From Polymyxa betae A26-41 (taxonomy: Eukaryota; Protista; Endomyxa: Phytomyxea), in NCBI GenBank assembly GCA_003693705.1, contig RBZT01000809.1, positions 78,378 through 142,377 of the forward strand: 64,000 nucleotides of DNA, written 5' to 3'. This document shows positions 12,277 through 24,025 of this stretch, in pieces. The first letter of the stretch is position 1. Each line of letters starts with the position of its first letter. The position numbers were made by a program, and so were the translations under genes. The notes under the pieces were generated by a model. The model saw only the letters and a program-made list of their open reading frames with translations. It did not search any database and was not told the origin of the DNA.

Positions 12277-14631
12277 TTAACACATTGAATCGAACCGGGC
12301 ACGTTTCAGTCGAGGTTGCCTTTTCTCGAGCACAACGATCGGTGAAGGCGGCGCATCATTGGTCTCCTGCTGCTGCAATTTCTTGGGCGGCCTGCCGAGC
12401 CGTTTCCCGTGAACACTGAGCGTGACTCCATCGGAAGTCTTGGACATAATCCTGGAAATCGGCCGTTGCCGCTTCCTGCAGAACGACGGCAGCGCCGGTA
12501 CCAGCTCGACGTCGCGAATCCTGTTCAGCGTAATCGCCCATTGAGCGGCTTCACGTTGACTCCTGCGTAACGGTCCATTGCTGACATCACCATGAGCAGG
12601 CTCGGGCGGCGGTGGCGGTGCAACAATCTCCAACAACGTATCAGGGTCTTCGATCTCGATACGAATGCCTTCATTGATGAAGACGCCGTGGATTTCTTCT
12701 CGTCGATGGACGCGAACCCTCAGAGTCGACAGCGTCTCCACAGCGTCGAGCCTGATCGGAATCGCCTTGGATCCTTGGAACAGATCTTGCAGGTAGCCCT
12801 GCTTCAGGACGGTACGACGTCGGCTGCGACGAACGCAGGTGGCGCAGACGAACTGATCGACATATTGGGCGGCCTCATCAACAATACCACCACATTCGCC
12901 GTGGAACCAATTCTCACAGACATCACATGATATAAACCATCTCGACATATCACTTGGTCTGGTGCAGAAACAGAATTGAACATGATCCTGCAAGCCGTAC
13001 GCCGGAGCTGATAACGATGCCGCCACGGAATCCACCAGATTTCTCACGACTTCATGAACCGCCAAACGATTCAGATGAGCGTCCAAAGCCACGTCCGTCG
13101 ACTTGAAATCCACGATCGTGGCCAAGGTTGGCGGCCGGGCAAGCACGACGCGTTTCTCGGCGACGGGACGGCAGAGATCATCGAGTGCGACTTCATGGCA
13201 GATGTGCGGCTCAGAGGCGATCGCCAGAGCGCGATCAAAATCGGTAACTTCGGGCAGAGCGACCGGCTTCGACGGCCTCTCAACAACGACGGCGGCGACC
13301 GGTGCAGGGGAAGATGGCGGCGGCGGCTTGTTGCGATTCAAGTATGCGTCGAAGATGCGTTGGCGACGAGCGCGGGCGTCGAAATCGTCATTGCGAGGCT
13401 GTGACCATTCCTGGGAGACGCTCTGCCTGAGCCAAGCTTTAGCAGCGTTGTTCTCTTTGATCTGAGCCTCGAGATGCCGCCTCAGCAGCCACAGCTCACA
13501 GCAGATCTCGTCGTCGTCTTCGCAGAGCTGCAGCGGGTCGATATCGTCAGCGATCGACTCGATGAAGAAGTGCAGCGACGAATTCGGGCGTCGAGGGCGG
13601 CGGTCGCCAGGTGCAGGCGTCCCTGATAGGAAGAAACGCGCCGTTAATGGGTCGTAGAGCGGCGGCGGGAACATATATTGAAGATCAGATGAACGACATT
13701 CACCAGGCTGGATTAAAGCAGATGCAACAGCATACTGCAGATCCAAAGATCGGAACGCCCCATGGCGGCGGATCAGTACGGGCGTCTCGCCATCGCCTTC
13801 GAACCGAACGTAGAAAGAGGCGCGCGCCACCCTGCCGGATGTGGAGCCTAGATCGGCGGCGACGACCGGGCTTGTATTGGCGTCGATACGTTGTTTGTAT
13901 CGCATCGAGCGAGGCGTGGCGTCGACATCATCGGTGCGGTCTTCTTCATCCCAGATATGACGATAATTCAGCTCTGAGGGAGGAATTCGAAACAGATCTT
14001 CAGAGGGCGGTGACGACGACGAGAGCGCCTCCAGATCGTGAACGGGCTCGAAGAATCCGTTGATAATACGCCAGGCTTTAGTGCCGGGTAGTTCGGTGAT
14101 GGGTGCAGGAGGTGGTAGAGGCGGCGGCGGAGGCTTGCGCGGCTCAGCTTTGAAATCGAATCGGGCCGGCGGCATCGTTGATAGGCGAGCACCGAGCCGA
14201 TCGGCACGCTGTCTGACCTGACATCGCCACCTTCGACAGTACCATTGCGGTGTACTGACACAAGCGCCATGGGCCAGCGCGCCGCACCCGCATTGCCTGG
14301 CGCTGACGACGTCGCAGACGCGACCGCATTCGTGACAGAGATGGTCGTCGACGACGGCTGCCGGATACTCCTGGGTCAACGCGATCTGGTCCAAAATCTG
14401 ATGAAGACGAGGCAGAGCACCACGACGACGATACCCGGATTTCAGCGTCGGCAGCGGCGGCGCGTTCGATAGGCGCACGGCGGTCGGATGAGGCAGCGAC
14501 GACGGCGGTCGCGGGCGACGTTTGGAGATAATGTCGCGGGCCAGGCGTGTGACCGCCTTGGATAGAAGATGGTCATGGAGAGGAGCTGGGTCGTAGCCCG
14601 CCTCGATGACGGCATCAGCCGCCGTCTGCAT
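12277..14631 (-). CDS. ADA3/NGG1-like SAGA subunit fused to PHD fingers, with an AT-hook-like motif
   Basis: ADA3-like blocks FRIPPSELNYRHIWDEED and EDDDEICCELWLLRRHLEAQIKENN...L. C-terminal PHD CFC...CDVCENWFHGEC...CATC; N-terminal PHD-like CHEC...HGAC...WYC; KRLGRPPKK. The start may lie in an upstream exon. Confidence 0.75.
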   Translation of the reverse strand: MQTAADAVIEAGYDPAPLHDHLLSKAVTRLARDIISKRRPRPPSSLPHPTAVRLSNAPPLPTLKSGYRRRGALPRLHQILDQIALTQEYPAAVVDDHLCHECGRVCDVVSARQCGCGALAHGACVSTPQWYCRRWRCQVRQRADRLGARLSTMPPARFDFKAEPRKPPPPPLPPPAPITELPGTKAWRIINGFFEPVHDLEALSSSSPPSEDLFRIPPSELNYRHIWDEEDRTDDVDATPRSMRYKQRIDANTSPVVAADLGSTSGRVARASFYVRFEGDGETPVLIRRHGAFRSLDLQYAVASALIQPGECRSSDLQYMFPPPLYDPLTARFFLSGTPAPGDRRPRRPNSSLHFFIESIADDIDPLQLCEDDDEICCELWLLRRHLEAQIKENNAAKAWLRQSVSQEWSQPRNDDFDARARRQRIFDAYLNRNKPPPPSSPAPVAAVVVERPSKPVALPEVTDFDRALAIASEPHICHEVALDDLCRPVAEKRVVLARPPTLATIVDFKSTDVALDAHLNRLAVHEVVRNLVDSVAASLSAPAYGLQDHVQFCFCTRPSDMSRWFISCDVCENWFHGECGGIVDEAAQYVDQFVCATCVRRSRRRTVLKQGYLQDLFQGSKAIPIRLDAVETLSTLRVRVHRREEIHGVFINEGIRIEIEDPDTLLEIVAPPPPPEPAHGDVSNGPLRRSQREAAQWAITLNRIRDVELVPALPSFCRKRQRPISRIMSKTSDGVTLSVHGKRLGRPPKKLQQQETNDAPPSPIVVLEKRQPRLKRARFDSMC

Positions 14632-16563
14632 ATATTAGAGGAAGGGACAGAGCAGCGCCAAAGGCACTATGGTCATATAGACACAGGTCACCAGAACTCC
14701 GTACGCAATTTCATACGTTTTTTCCCCGACAGGTTTCTGATCTTCTTTACAATGAGGGGTTGGAGACGCGGCCACCTCTACTGATTCCTGATTGTATCGT
14801 TTGAAGTGCTACAGATGACAAAGACATAGACAGTTTTGTTTCATTTTTTCCCACGTGCGTTCTGAGTACCAGAATAAAAAGGGGCAATTGACGCAAGTTT
14901 TTTCGACGACTTTTTCGTAGTTGCAGTAAAGTGCCTATACAACCGGTCTAGGATCACCCGTCGCTATACAATGTCAACGACCTTCGATAGCAAGCTCCTG
15001 TGCCACTATCAGAAGTAAGCAAATCAAGGATGACAGATCTCAATCGTTGGTTGGAAAGATCAGCAGGCGCAAGATAGTTGGCTGGGTCAGGCATGTTGTT
15101 AGCTGGCGACCCAGTCGTTGCCTCGAACGGTGACGGCACGAGCTGCGGCCGTAGCGGCCCCGGGTCTGGCAGCTCGGAATGACGTTCTAAGCTTGGTTGT
15201 GGGAAGTGATCATAACCCGGATGAGTCCGAAAGACCGCGGTCTCCGATCATTGGTTCGAATGCATCCCTATCCTGATCGCCGCTAATCAATTTATTACAA
15301 ACTTTCACGACAAGTCATATTGCCTTACTTTATTAAAGCCAACGCCGCAAAACTTGGATGGGTACCATCAATGGTCAATGGATAATAAAAAACGAGATTA
15401 ACAAATCGAATACCTAGATCCATGAATGAGGGTCTTTCCTAAAAGAATATCAAACTGCTGGGAAATGGTGATAGGCCGTTATATGCAACATTTTTACAGG
15501 AACGATCGTTAATAAACTTGTGTAGATACATCGCCCATAAATCTCAGAGACGTTCAAGTTGTAATGAATGGTCTTCTGCTACAGTAGTTACTGTCTATCT
15601 ACAGTGTAAGAAGCAAGAGCCTCGAATAAAAACCAGCAATTTTGAACAATAGAAATCCGTCTTATGAGGCAGGCCTGGAGAAAGTTCTCCAGCAACGACA
15701 AGCCGTACTCTTCATGGGTCAAGACCTGCGACATTTACCTCAAGGGAGGGAAATTCGTGTTTCGTATTCGGCCCGCTGGGACAATATTGATGTTAACAAA
15801 ACCATATCCTGGCCCGTTATCAGGAAAAAAATGAGGAACCAATCCGGGAGCGTGCTGAAAAGTACCCAGCAATCGCGGCTGCGCCGGCCACATAATGTGG
15901 CGGAAGGCGGGAGCTCTATAAGTTGATCTAAAAATGGTCTAAACTCAGTGACGCAGTTTGTCTAGAAATACGGTAAAGTGGTAAACATTACTATTTGGTA
16001 CCGTAGGTATTAAGCAATCGCAGTGGGCTGCCTGCAATAAACAGTTGAAGGACGCGCAGCCCACGGCACAGTTTTTGTTTCACAGTCGCGCAGAAACAAT
16101 TGTTTGAGGTTCCGTTTGAGGGGTTCTCTATCCATTATCTTCATTTATTATTGTGATCTTGAGATAGAAAGCTATCGTTCACAGCACGCGTGCTTAGAAA
16201 TATTTACGAGCGAATTATACCATCTGCAGGTGGTCAACTTTAGTTCAAATCGCAACATCAAAGACACTAATATCACATCAAAACAACAAAGACACGAATG
16301 TTTTACAAGAAGGCTTAATTCGATAACAGGTTTATTTTTTCTTCAGTTACCTGCAAGAAAGATACCTTTACAATCAAGAGCAAATCCAAATTCCAACCAA
16401 AACGCAAACAGAAATCGAAACTCCACAAACCGCTCACGCTCTCAAAGACCAGCGATTCTGGTTCTGGTCGGCTTCATCAACTGTGGCGACTGACATTGAA
16501 GGAAAAGTCAAACTGGCAGTTATGAACGACTGATGTGGTCCTAGCAACGAAACACCTGAAGCT

Positions 16564-16819
16564 TGTGGTAATTTAGAGAGCTCTACAGCTCAGGGATGAG
16601 ATCTCAGATCCCTCTACCAACGTCGACACACGATCTAAAGGATCAAAATAGTGTGTGTGTGTGTGTGTATGTTAGTTGTTAGTTAAGGTATGTTAGTTAA
16701 GGTAATGCGCAAAAAGCGCGTAAGTGTGCTATGTCCAGCGACGACGTAGGTCGTGCTGATAACAAAACAAAAGATAAAATCTAAAGAAAAATTATAAAAT
16801 AACGTCAACGGACGTTACA
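16564..16819 (-). repeat. 3' LTR (256 bp)
   Basis: 16760-16819 is identical over 60 bp to 17287-17346, the 5' LTR stub. Contains a (GT)n tract at about 16651-16668. Confidence 0.85.
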
Positions 16820-17346
16820 CCGCCGTCTCAACATAAAGAGCTACAGGTTATGAAAGAGCAGCTAAGAGCGAAGAAGCATTAGGTAGTTTGGATAAACAGC
16901 GCTTGACGAATACCGGGGCATCAGAATAGATTTGTAGTAAAGGTTCCCAAGTACGATCGGATTGCTCAAATCCTTTCCAAGCAACCAAAACTTCCCACGT
17001 TTGCGAAGATTGATTGAAACGACTGTCCAGAAGCGCCTCCAATTCATAACCATCACCATCGAAGGCAACCTGCTCGAACAATTCCTCGGTATCCTCTAAG
17101 GATGAATCACAATACAATCGTAGACGCAAAGCATGCACTTCCGTGCGAATCTGAGTAATGAGATTCTCAACAGTGAATATATAATCAGATAACACCTCAA
17201 CAATTCTGTGAGGCCCAGACCAGCGAACCGATATTTTAGACCTTTTCCGATTCAGCATATTGGAGACCAAAACAAAATCACCACGGTAACAAAACAAAAG
17301 ATAAAATCTAAAGAAAAATTATAAAATAACGTCAACGGACGTTACA
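16564..17346 (-). mobile_element. Internally deleted Ty3/gypsy chromovirus
   Basis: TG...CA ends with 5-bp TSD AAGCT at 16559-16563 and 17347-17351. Retains the integrase tail (GDFVLV, WSGPHRI) and a chromodomain (YELEALLDSR...VLVAWKGF...TWEP). Purine-rich GAGACGGCGG lies before the 3' LTR. Confidence 0.9.
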
Positions 17347-17417
17347 AAGCTGTACAGAATCTTGAATGGCCAGAAGGTTGTTCCGGCTATGTTTACTCCA
17401 CTTCACGTACGCTAGAA

Positions 17418-18290
17418 GGGATCATCATCTCGTTCATCATGGCTCTCGCAGCGTTTCCGCGGCTCAGACGAGGTATAGACCCAGATAAAAGCCGCGAGAT
17501 CGAGTAAAGGCAATCTGACTGCTGCAATACGACCACTCGATCGAAAAGAATGTGGACAACGAAGAACCCTCGATCGAGCCATCTCGATCAGAATCGCGAG
17601 TCCCCGAATCTGATCCAAATTCTTGGCTTCTTGCTTTCGGAATAGTTATATTCCATTAAGACGATACACAAAGGCAAACTTCTACTTTCAGATCCTCATC
17701 AGGCTATTCTCATAGAGCGATTTTGTGCTTTATTGAGTTAAATTAGCTGGGATCATGATCTCCTAGCTAGATCAAGGCTCTCGCAGCGATGTTACGGCTG
17801 AGACGAGGCTTGACAGCTATTGAAGCCGCCAGATCGAGTTACGACGATCTGATTGCTGAAAAACGACCGTCTTAAACAGCATGACGACACAGGAGAACGT
17901 TCGAGGCGGCCATTCGAATCCAATTGTGTCGAGGTCACAAAATCCGCGATTCTCAGCCCGATCCAGGATCTCACAATAATAGCCATAACATCTCATCAAT
18001 ATACAAAAACAAATTTCTACTTTCAAATCCCTTCAAGCTATTTTCGTAGAGTGAATTGGCAGTTTATTGAATTAAAATTAACAGGGATCATCATTTCTTT
18101 GATCATGGCTCTCGCGGCGATTCCAGGGCTGAGACGAGGTTAGACAAGTATTAAAGCCGCCAGATCGAGTTTCGTCGATCGGATTGCTGTAAAACGACCC
18201 TTTCTGGAATGATGACAGAAGTTGCGGCAGTATCTCAGACGCGTCGGAAACGAAGAATTCCGGATAAGTCAAAGATTACATGTTATAACT
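17418..18290. repeat. Diverged tandem repeat, unit about 333 bp, about 2.6 copies
   Basis: GGGATCAT...GGCTCTCGC...GAGACGAGG...AAGCCGC.AGATCGAGT recurs at 17418, 17749 and 18084. Confidence 0.75.
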
Positions 18291-19341
18291 GTCAAAAGAA
18301 AGGGCACTGCGGACGATGAACAACACGCTGTCGGAATTGAGGTTAATGTAATGGGCATGGATACTAGGTGTACCCGAAATCGCCGACTAGTGCCTCAAGT
18401 CGAACCAGAAGATTACCGAGTACTCAAGCGATATCGTCTAGGATATCACGCTCTGATTGCTGAAGGCATTGTACCAACGTCCGCGGAGGCCACACAGCAT
18501 GCTAACATTGATTGGTGTTTAACAGTGATTTTTTCCAAATGCCGGAAGAACATGACAAAATAGTGGGAATGCCGTCCGAGATTTTGCCGACGAAAGACCA
18601 ATTGTGGTCCAGATGATGTGTTGAAAATGTTGAAGAGGCTCGACGATCACCGTTTAACTTTTGAGGAATCCGAAATAGTTTTGACTGGATGCCTGAAGCT
18701 AAATCCAACTCTGTTGGAATCTTGAGCGGCATACTTTGAACTGTTGGATCCAGCAGAGGAGGAGTGATCTCCGATCAATATCTCTGTACAATTAGCGCAA
18801 GACTTGGACTCTGAAGATCTTGACATCTTACCTCCTCACTCGGCTTCTGATGCCATAACATCTTTGAAATCATTTTCATGGATCAAGGAGTTTGTACTTC
18901 TGCTACTCGCCTTTAACGAAATTTCCAAATAGCCATGAAAGTGCTTGTGTTTGCTTGCCTTTTAATACCTCGGTTCAGATTAGATGATATATATTGTCAT
19001 CAACGACTCAATCCAACGAGTCGATTTCATCTGGCATTGACTCTACATCAGAATGTGTCCGTCAGGTCGTTATTTTTCAGATTGTCCTCACACCACTTAT
19101 AGAGAGGTCGCAGGCGTAACGGATTCCAGAGCTTACAGGAGTCTCAAATTCCCTGTACACCAATCCTTTCTCAGACCAGCACAAGCCCTGAACCTGTGTA
19201 ATGTTTAATCCAAATGTGACTACAAACCATTCCTAATTTTTTATAGTGGAAGAATACTGTTTGTATTCCAGGACGAAACTGATGTCATGATCCCCGACGC
19301 CTGTTCCCTCCTACACATCAGCCAAACTCTTCTCCACGAAG

Positions 19342-20220
19342 GTGCAGCTGTTCTCAGATACCCAAAAAAGGCGGCGACCCATCGAACCCAGCCGACTGGC
19401 GCGGTATATCGCGCTCCAGAGCCATCTCAAGAAACTCTACGATTCCTGTGTCCGTGAAACCCTGCGACATCACAAGTGGACAGCGACCCACCCACTACAA
19501 ATGGGTTTCCAACGCGGCCTCGGCGCCACGGACGCTGTGTACGTCGCCGATGAACTCCTCACCAAGTATGACCGCCTTGGACTGCACCTGACCGTCGCCC
19601 TGCTGGATATCCGGAAGGCGTATGATCGTGCGCCTCGCGGATTCCACTGGAAGAAACTGGGACGCGCGAAGTTTTTATTTTTCTTTTACTTGTTTATTCT
19701 GATATTGATATATATATATGAGGTTCCCCCCTAACCTCTCTGCGGACTCCGCAACCTCTTCTCTTCTTACTAATAATACAATTAGAGTTCTTTGTCTCTC
19801 TCTCAACACGTGTCAATTCTGTCTCTCTTTCATCTCTGTTTTAAAATTGGTCTTCCGACCTCTGGTCGTCTTAGAAACTGCGGGATCGCGGCGGCGCCTC
19901 CAAGAGTAATCTCGGGTCTCAGCAAGGCCGAGGCCGCGCTCATCAGGTTCGACCAACTCGGCGGTTTCCGATGTCCCGGCCTGCCGATCTCCAAGAAGCG
20001 CTTCCTCATCATCGCCTGGACCCGCCCACGCTGCGAGTATGGCCTCGCCATCGCTTCACACTGTGACGCCGTGCTCAAGTCGGTCGACAAGCTGATGATG
20101 CGAGCGAACGGTAAATTTATCGGATCCCGCCGCGGCTCCATCCTGACGATGCGCTTGACCGGAATCATCCCCGCCGCCATCTTACGCCAGCGCTTTATCC
20201 ATTCCCTCCAAGCCCGTAGT
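19342..20220 (+). mobile_element. Non-LTR (LINE-like) retrotransposon RT remnant
   Basis: QMGFQRG...LLDIRKAYD (RT motifs) and a downstream thumb-like WTRPRCEYG. The YADD core is missing and replaced by an AT-rich segment at about 19670-19910. Confidence 0.8.
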
Positions 20221-20764
20221 GAGCCCATGGCCGGGTGTCGTTCCGGGGTCAGTAACGGCGTTCTCGATGATGGCCGGCTCTGCTGGATTCAAATGGATGT
20301 TATACGGCGTTTTATCTACGGTGCACTGGACGATGAGCTATACTTTGAAATCGACGGCGAGGCAGACGATGCTGTTGATAATGAGCGATATATGCCTGCG
20401 ATGTATTGTGTCTGTTGGCAACCTCCATTCCATCCAGAATTCGCTGAAGCCATCAAGTCGTATTCGTTCACTGAATCAACATACGAGAACCTGGTCGATG
20501 TGAGCCATCAGCAGGTCCCTCACTTCTTCCAGTTTCCTATGAACGAAGGCGGCAATAGCATCGCTCATTTCTTCATTGGATGGGTTCAGGGCAAATGTCC
20601 TGGTCAAAGAGCCATTACATTCGTTGCTGACGAAATCCACAAATACTGAATTCTGAAACTTTCTTTTTCTAGCAAATTGTTCTCGATAGCAACCTACACA
20701 GAATGGTGCTGAAATTGAATATGAATGTTATATTATACAAGAATAAATTAGAAATGGAATAAAT

Positions 20765-22520
20765 TTACAATTGAATAGATACGAGCGGCTCGGTGGAATT
20801 CTCGTCATCGCTATCGCAAGAGGTCGCCTTTCTCTCTGGAGACCGCTTCCGATTTCTGCCAATCCGCAGCGATAGAACCGCCAAAATCACGGCACAGTTC
20901 GATACGATGACGAACGGGATCCAGCCCATTCTCCTTGACGAGCTGCTGGCCCAAACCAAACCTAAACGATTCTCAACCAATGCACATCGAGATAATCAAC
21001 AAGCTGACTGATTAGCAGAGGGGCGACAGCACGTCCAGCCGATGCAGTAGCGCTAGCCAGGCCATTCACCAGACCTCTCATATGATCAGGTGATGCATTT
21101 GCGATCAGAATATTAGCGCTTGTATAGGCAGTCGCTTCTGGGATGGTTCGCAATGAGAGCGATATGGACAGGAACCACATCGTGTATGAGCTGAAATAAC
21201 GAGCCAGCCATGGTAATGGTGCTGAGACAACACATTCAGCGCGTTCCTCTCAAGCTGAAAATCGCTCACCTAGCAGAACCAGCAAGAAGCAAGAAGAGCG
21301 AAAGCAGCGAAGAGCAGATATACATTTAGCAATATACCTGTAAATCAAGCCTTGATATAAAATCAGAACGATGCCCTCTATAGCTGAATGCGTGCATTAG
21401 CGTCTTTTGATTATCACGGATTCGGTTCCTACCGAAAATGTTACCAACATCATAGCTAGAGAGCCCGAGGCCACCAGACGCTCTCGTTGACTCACAGAAA
21501 ATCGCCAGCAGCTCGGTCAGGGCGATTTCGATGAGAGCCAATATCCCATCTTAGACAAGAATCAAACAGCCAAAAATAGGGACTAAAACGTCGCCTTACA
21601 ATTAACAATCATTGTGAGCAGATCGCTGTTTAACCGGAAATGCATCGGAAATTGAACAGGATCCAGAGGGGTGGCGTTCTTGCCTGCCAAGACCGCCATC
21701 TCGACGCATTTTGCACCGATCGCATCGCGTCCAGCAAAAGCCGGCGATTCCGGCAGCCAGATGGCGCAGACGACCAGCGTCACGAGAACCAGTACGGCGC
21801 TGACGGCCGAGACCAGAAACGCGTATGGCAGATCGACGATGTTCAGCGACTCGATGCGGCACACGCCGGCTAATAGGCCGCCTGCCATTGGTGCTACAAG
21901 CTGAGCCAGCCCGTACATCATACAGACAGAAGCGAACGCCTGGTTGGGAACGATTAGACAAACCCTAAACCCTAAACCCATCACTCACCTGGGCTTGATC
22001 GTGTTCAGAAGAGATCTCAGCGATATAACTCTTCGTGATTGAAATGTTCGAAGAAAATGCCCCTACAATCATCCCTTCAATATCTTTTCTATTTACCGTA
22101 TTCGCTTAAAACCCTTTTGTTGAGAAAAAATGCTGCTTACCGGTAAAGGTGTATGCGAACAAAGCTGAACCGAAATCACGGCTGCATCCAAATAGAAAGA
22201 TTCCCAAAGCTGATCCAGCAATACCTGAAGCTTGTCAAAAAGGAAAAATATTCTTGTTCAGGTAGCATACCGAACAATAAGGTTGGCCGACGCCCGAATC
22301 GATCTGAAACCCAGCCCCAGACGACGGCAGCCGCCATGGCGGCCAGGAAGAATGCACTGCCGATCATTCCGACCTTCACATTGTTCGAATATTGAGTTTC
22401 GTCTTCCGATAGAGCTCGGTCAGCCGGGAATTGACGAACCATTAATGGCAGCAAAGGAACAACGACTAAGAATGCTATCAGCAGGGATTCGGACGCGTCG
22501 AACAAGGATACCGGTTCCAA
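20765..22520 (-). CDS. Major facilitator superfamily transporter (ZIFL-like), multi-exon; start not determined
   Basis: MFS motif A WGWVSDRFGRRPTLLFG; LVAPMAGGLLA; WLPES; RGLVNGLASATASAGRAVAP. Confidence 0.85.
21960..21979. repeat. Telomere-like (AAACCCT)x~3 tract inside an MFS intron
   Basis: aaaccct aaaccct aaaccc lies within the predicted intron 21940-21988. Confidence 0.6.
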
Positions 22521-23105
22521 GCCATCCTTCGATGAATTGAATGAGAGACAATAAACAGAGTATAGTTCGTCTATTAATCCCAGATTCCATATACAGTGAT
22601 TCAGATATACTGTATAATAAAGGATGGCCTAAAGGCGGAACCCTGAAACGAAAGAAGCCCTACCGCGCAATTACTGCATCATTATTCTATCAAGATTAAT
22701 CTGTCTTACGATATACCTGGTACAGACTTGTCAAACGCCGAGAAAAAAATATCTATATATTATCTGTATCGAAATTAGGCTTAGAATGATTACACTGAAG
22801 ATATACTTGGGTATAATTTACTTTAGATATTGACAGAAATATTGCAAAAGCACAAAATATTTAAAAATCTTGAACTTGTGGTCAGAACTTCTGTTTTATA
22901 GAGCCAAATGTTGGCATATCGGAAAGGGTAAACATGGTGAAAATTCGCACATCTGCAAGAGAGAACATCATTCCACATAATGAGAAGACAACAGTTGCTG
23001 CAGTGAATTTCAATCACGCCAAAACCTACCTGTGAAAATATCTGAAGATTCGCTTATGTACTGATGGGATCACTTCGGCTGATAAATGTGCCTAGTCGCT
23101 GCTGA

Positions 23106-23988
23106 ATGCGAAAACTCGCCGAACATTCCAGGCCGGTGAAACCGCCACCAATTTATTCCAACCAAGATGTTCGATCACTTCGTCGGAAAATTGAGTGTGC
23201 CGAATCAATGTTAACAGGCTATCTGGACCAGTTGAATGTTTCCTATAAAACCGGCATACAACACCAAAGACAAGTGCAAACAGCAAGGGAGGGCAATGAT
23301 TTGTCAGTCCAGGCTATAAAGGTACGAGCACGTATCTCAAGATTCCAGTAAGGTTACGCCTATACAGATGGAAGCTATAGCAGAAAAACAAGCCGCTGAG
23401 ATCGCTCAACTGAAGCAAATGCTGGAAGTGAAGTCGCACGAAATCGACAGCGTCATGAAACGACTCGATACCACAAAGAAGCATTACGAAGTACAGGATT
23501 TCAGAACAAAATGCAATCTGACAAATCTATAGGAAGAGGTAGCGCTCAGAAAACGATTTGAACACGAAACTCATCGAGCGATCAAAGAACTCGAACAACT
23601 TCGCAGAGAGTTCAATCGAGCCAAGGTTGCCAAACCTGAAGATCCTATATCGCCTTGGACTGAAGGTAATGCACTGCCAATCAAGCAAGACCAAGAGAGG
23701 CCTCCGCTAGCGAGAAGTAAACTAAAACCGAAGCCAATACGACCCAAGATAGAGAAGAAATCGATCGGCGTGAACACTGACGACACAGAACCAGTTCAGG
23801 TTCAACAACCGGATGTCAAGACACCTTTAACTTGGGATATCTTCGCTAAAACAGCCGATAATGGCGAGAAACAGAGTATGCTTAGAAAACTGCAAACTGT
23901 GAGAAGAGAGAATAAACACCTGAAAACTGCCCTGAAGCGCAATACCATCATTACAAAGGCGTTGACCCTTCTCGGACATGATCAATAA
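23106..23988 (+). CDS. Hypothetical coiled-coil protein, 3 exons
   Basis: Heptad-rich E/K/Q segments joined by two short GT-AG introns. Confidence 0.6.
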
Positions 23989-24025
23989 ACGGCACAATAA
24001 CGGTTCTCCAGATGTTTATATCAAC

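Noticed and set aside
12356-14472. Many overlapping and antisense ORFs in GC-rich genes (also within RCL1 and GDH)
   Set aside because: Shadow ORFs caused by stop-codon scarcity; no motifs.
15215-15245. Hammerhead-ribozyme-like CGGATGAGTCCGAAAGAC
   Set aside because: The core is not CUGAUGA, stem II is incomplete, and no GAAA follows it.
15251-15270. GGTTCGAAT tRNA B-box-like motif
   Set aside because: No cloverleaf or T-stem pairing around it.
19792-20649. 285-aa ORF taken as a single real gene
   Set aside because: Chimera of AT-rich insert, LINE fragment and unrelated sequence, starting at a non-ATG codon.
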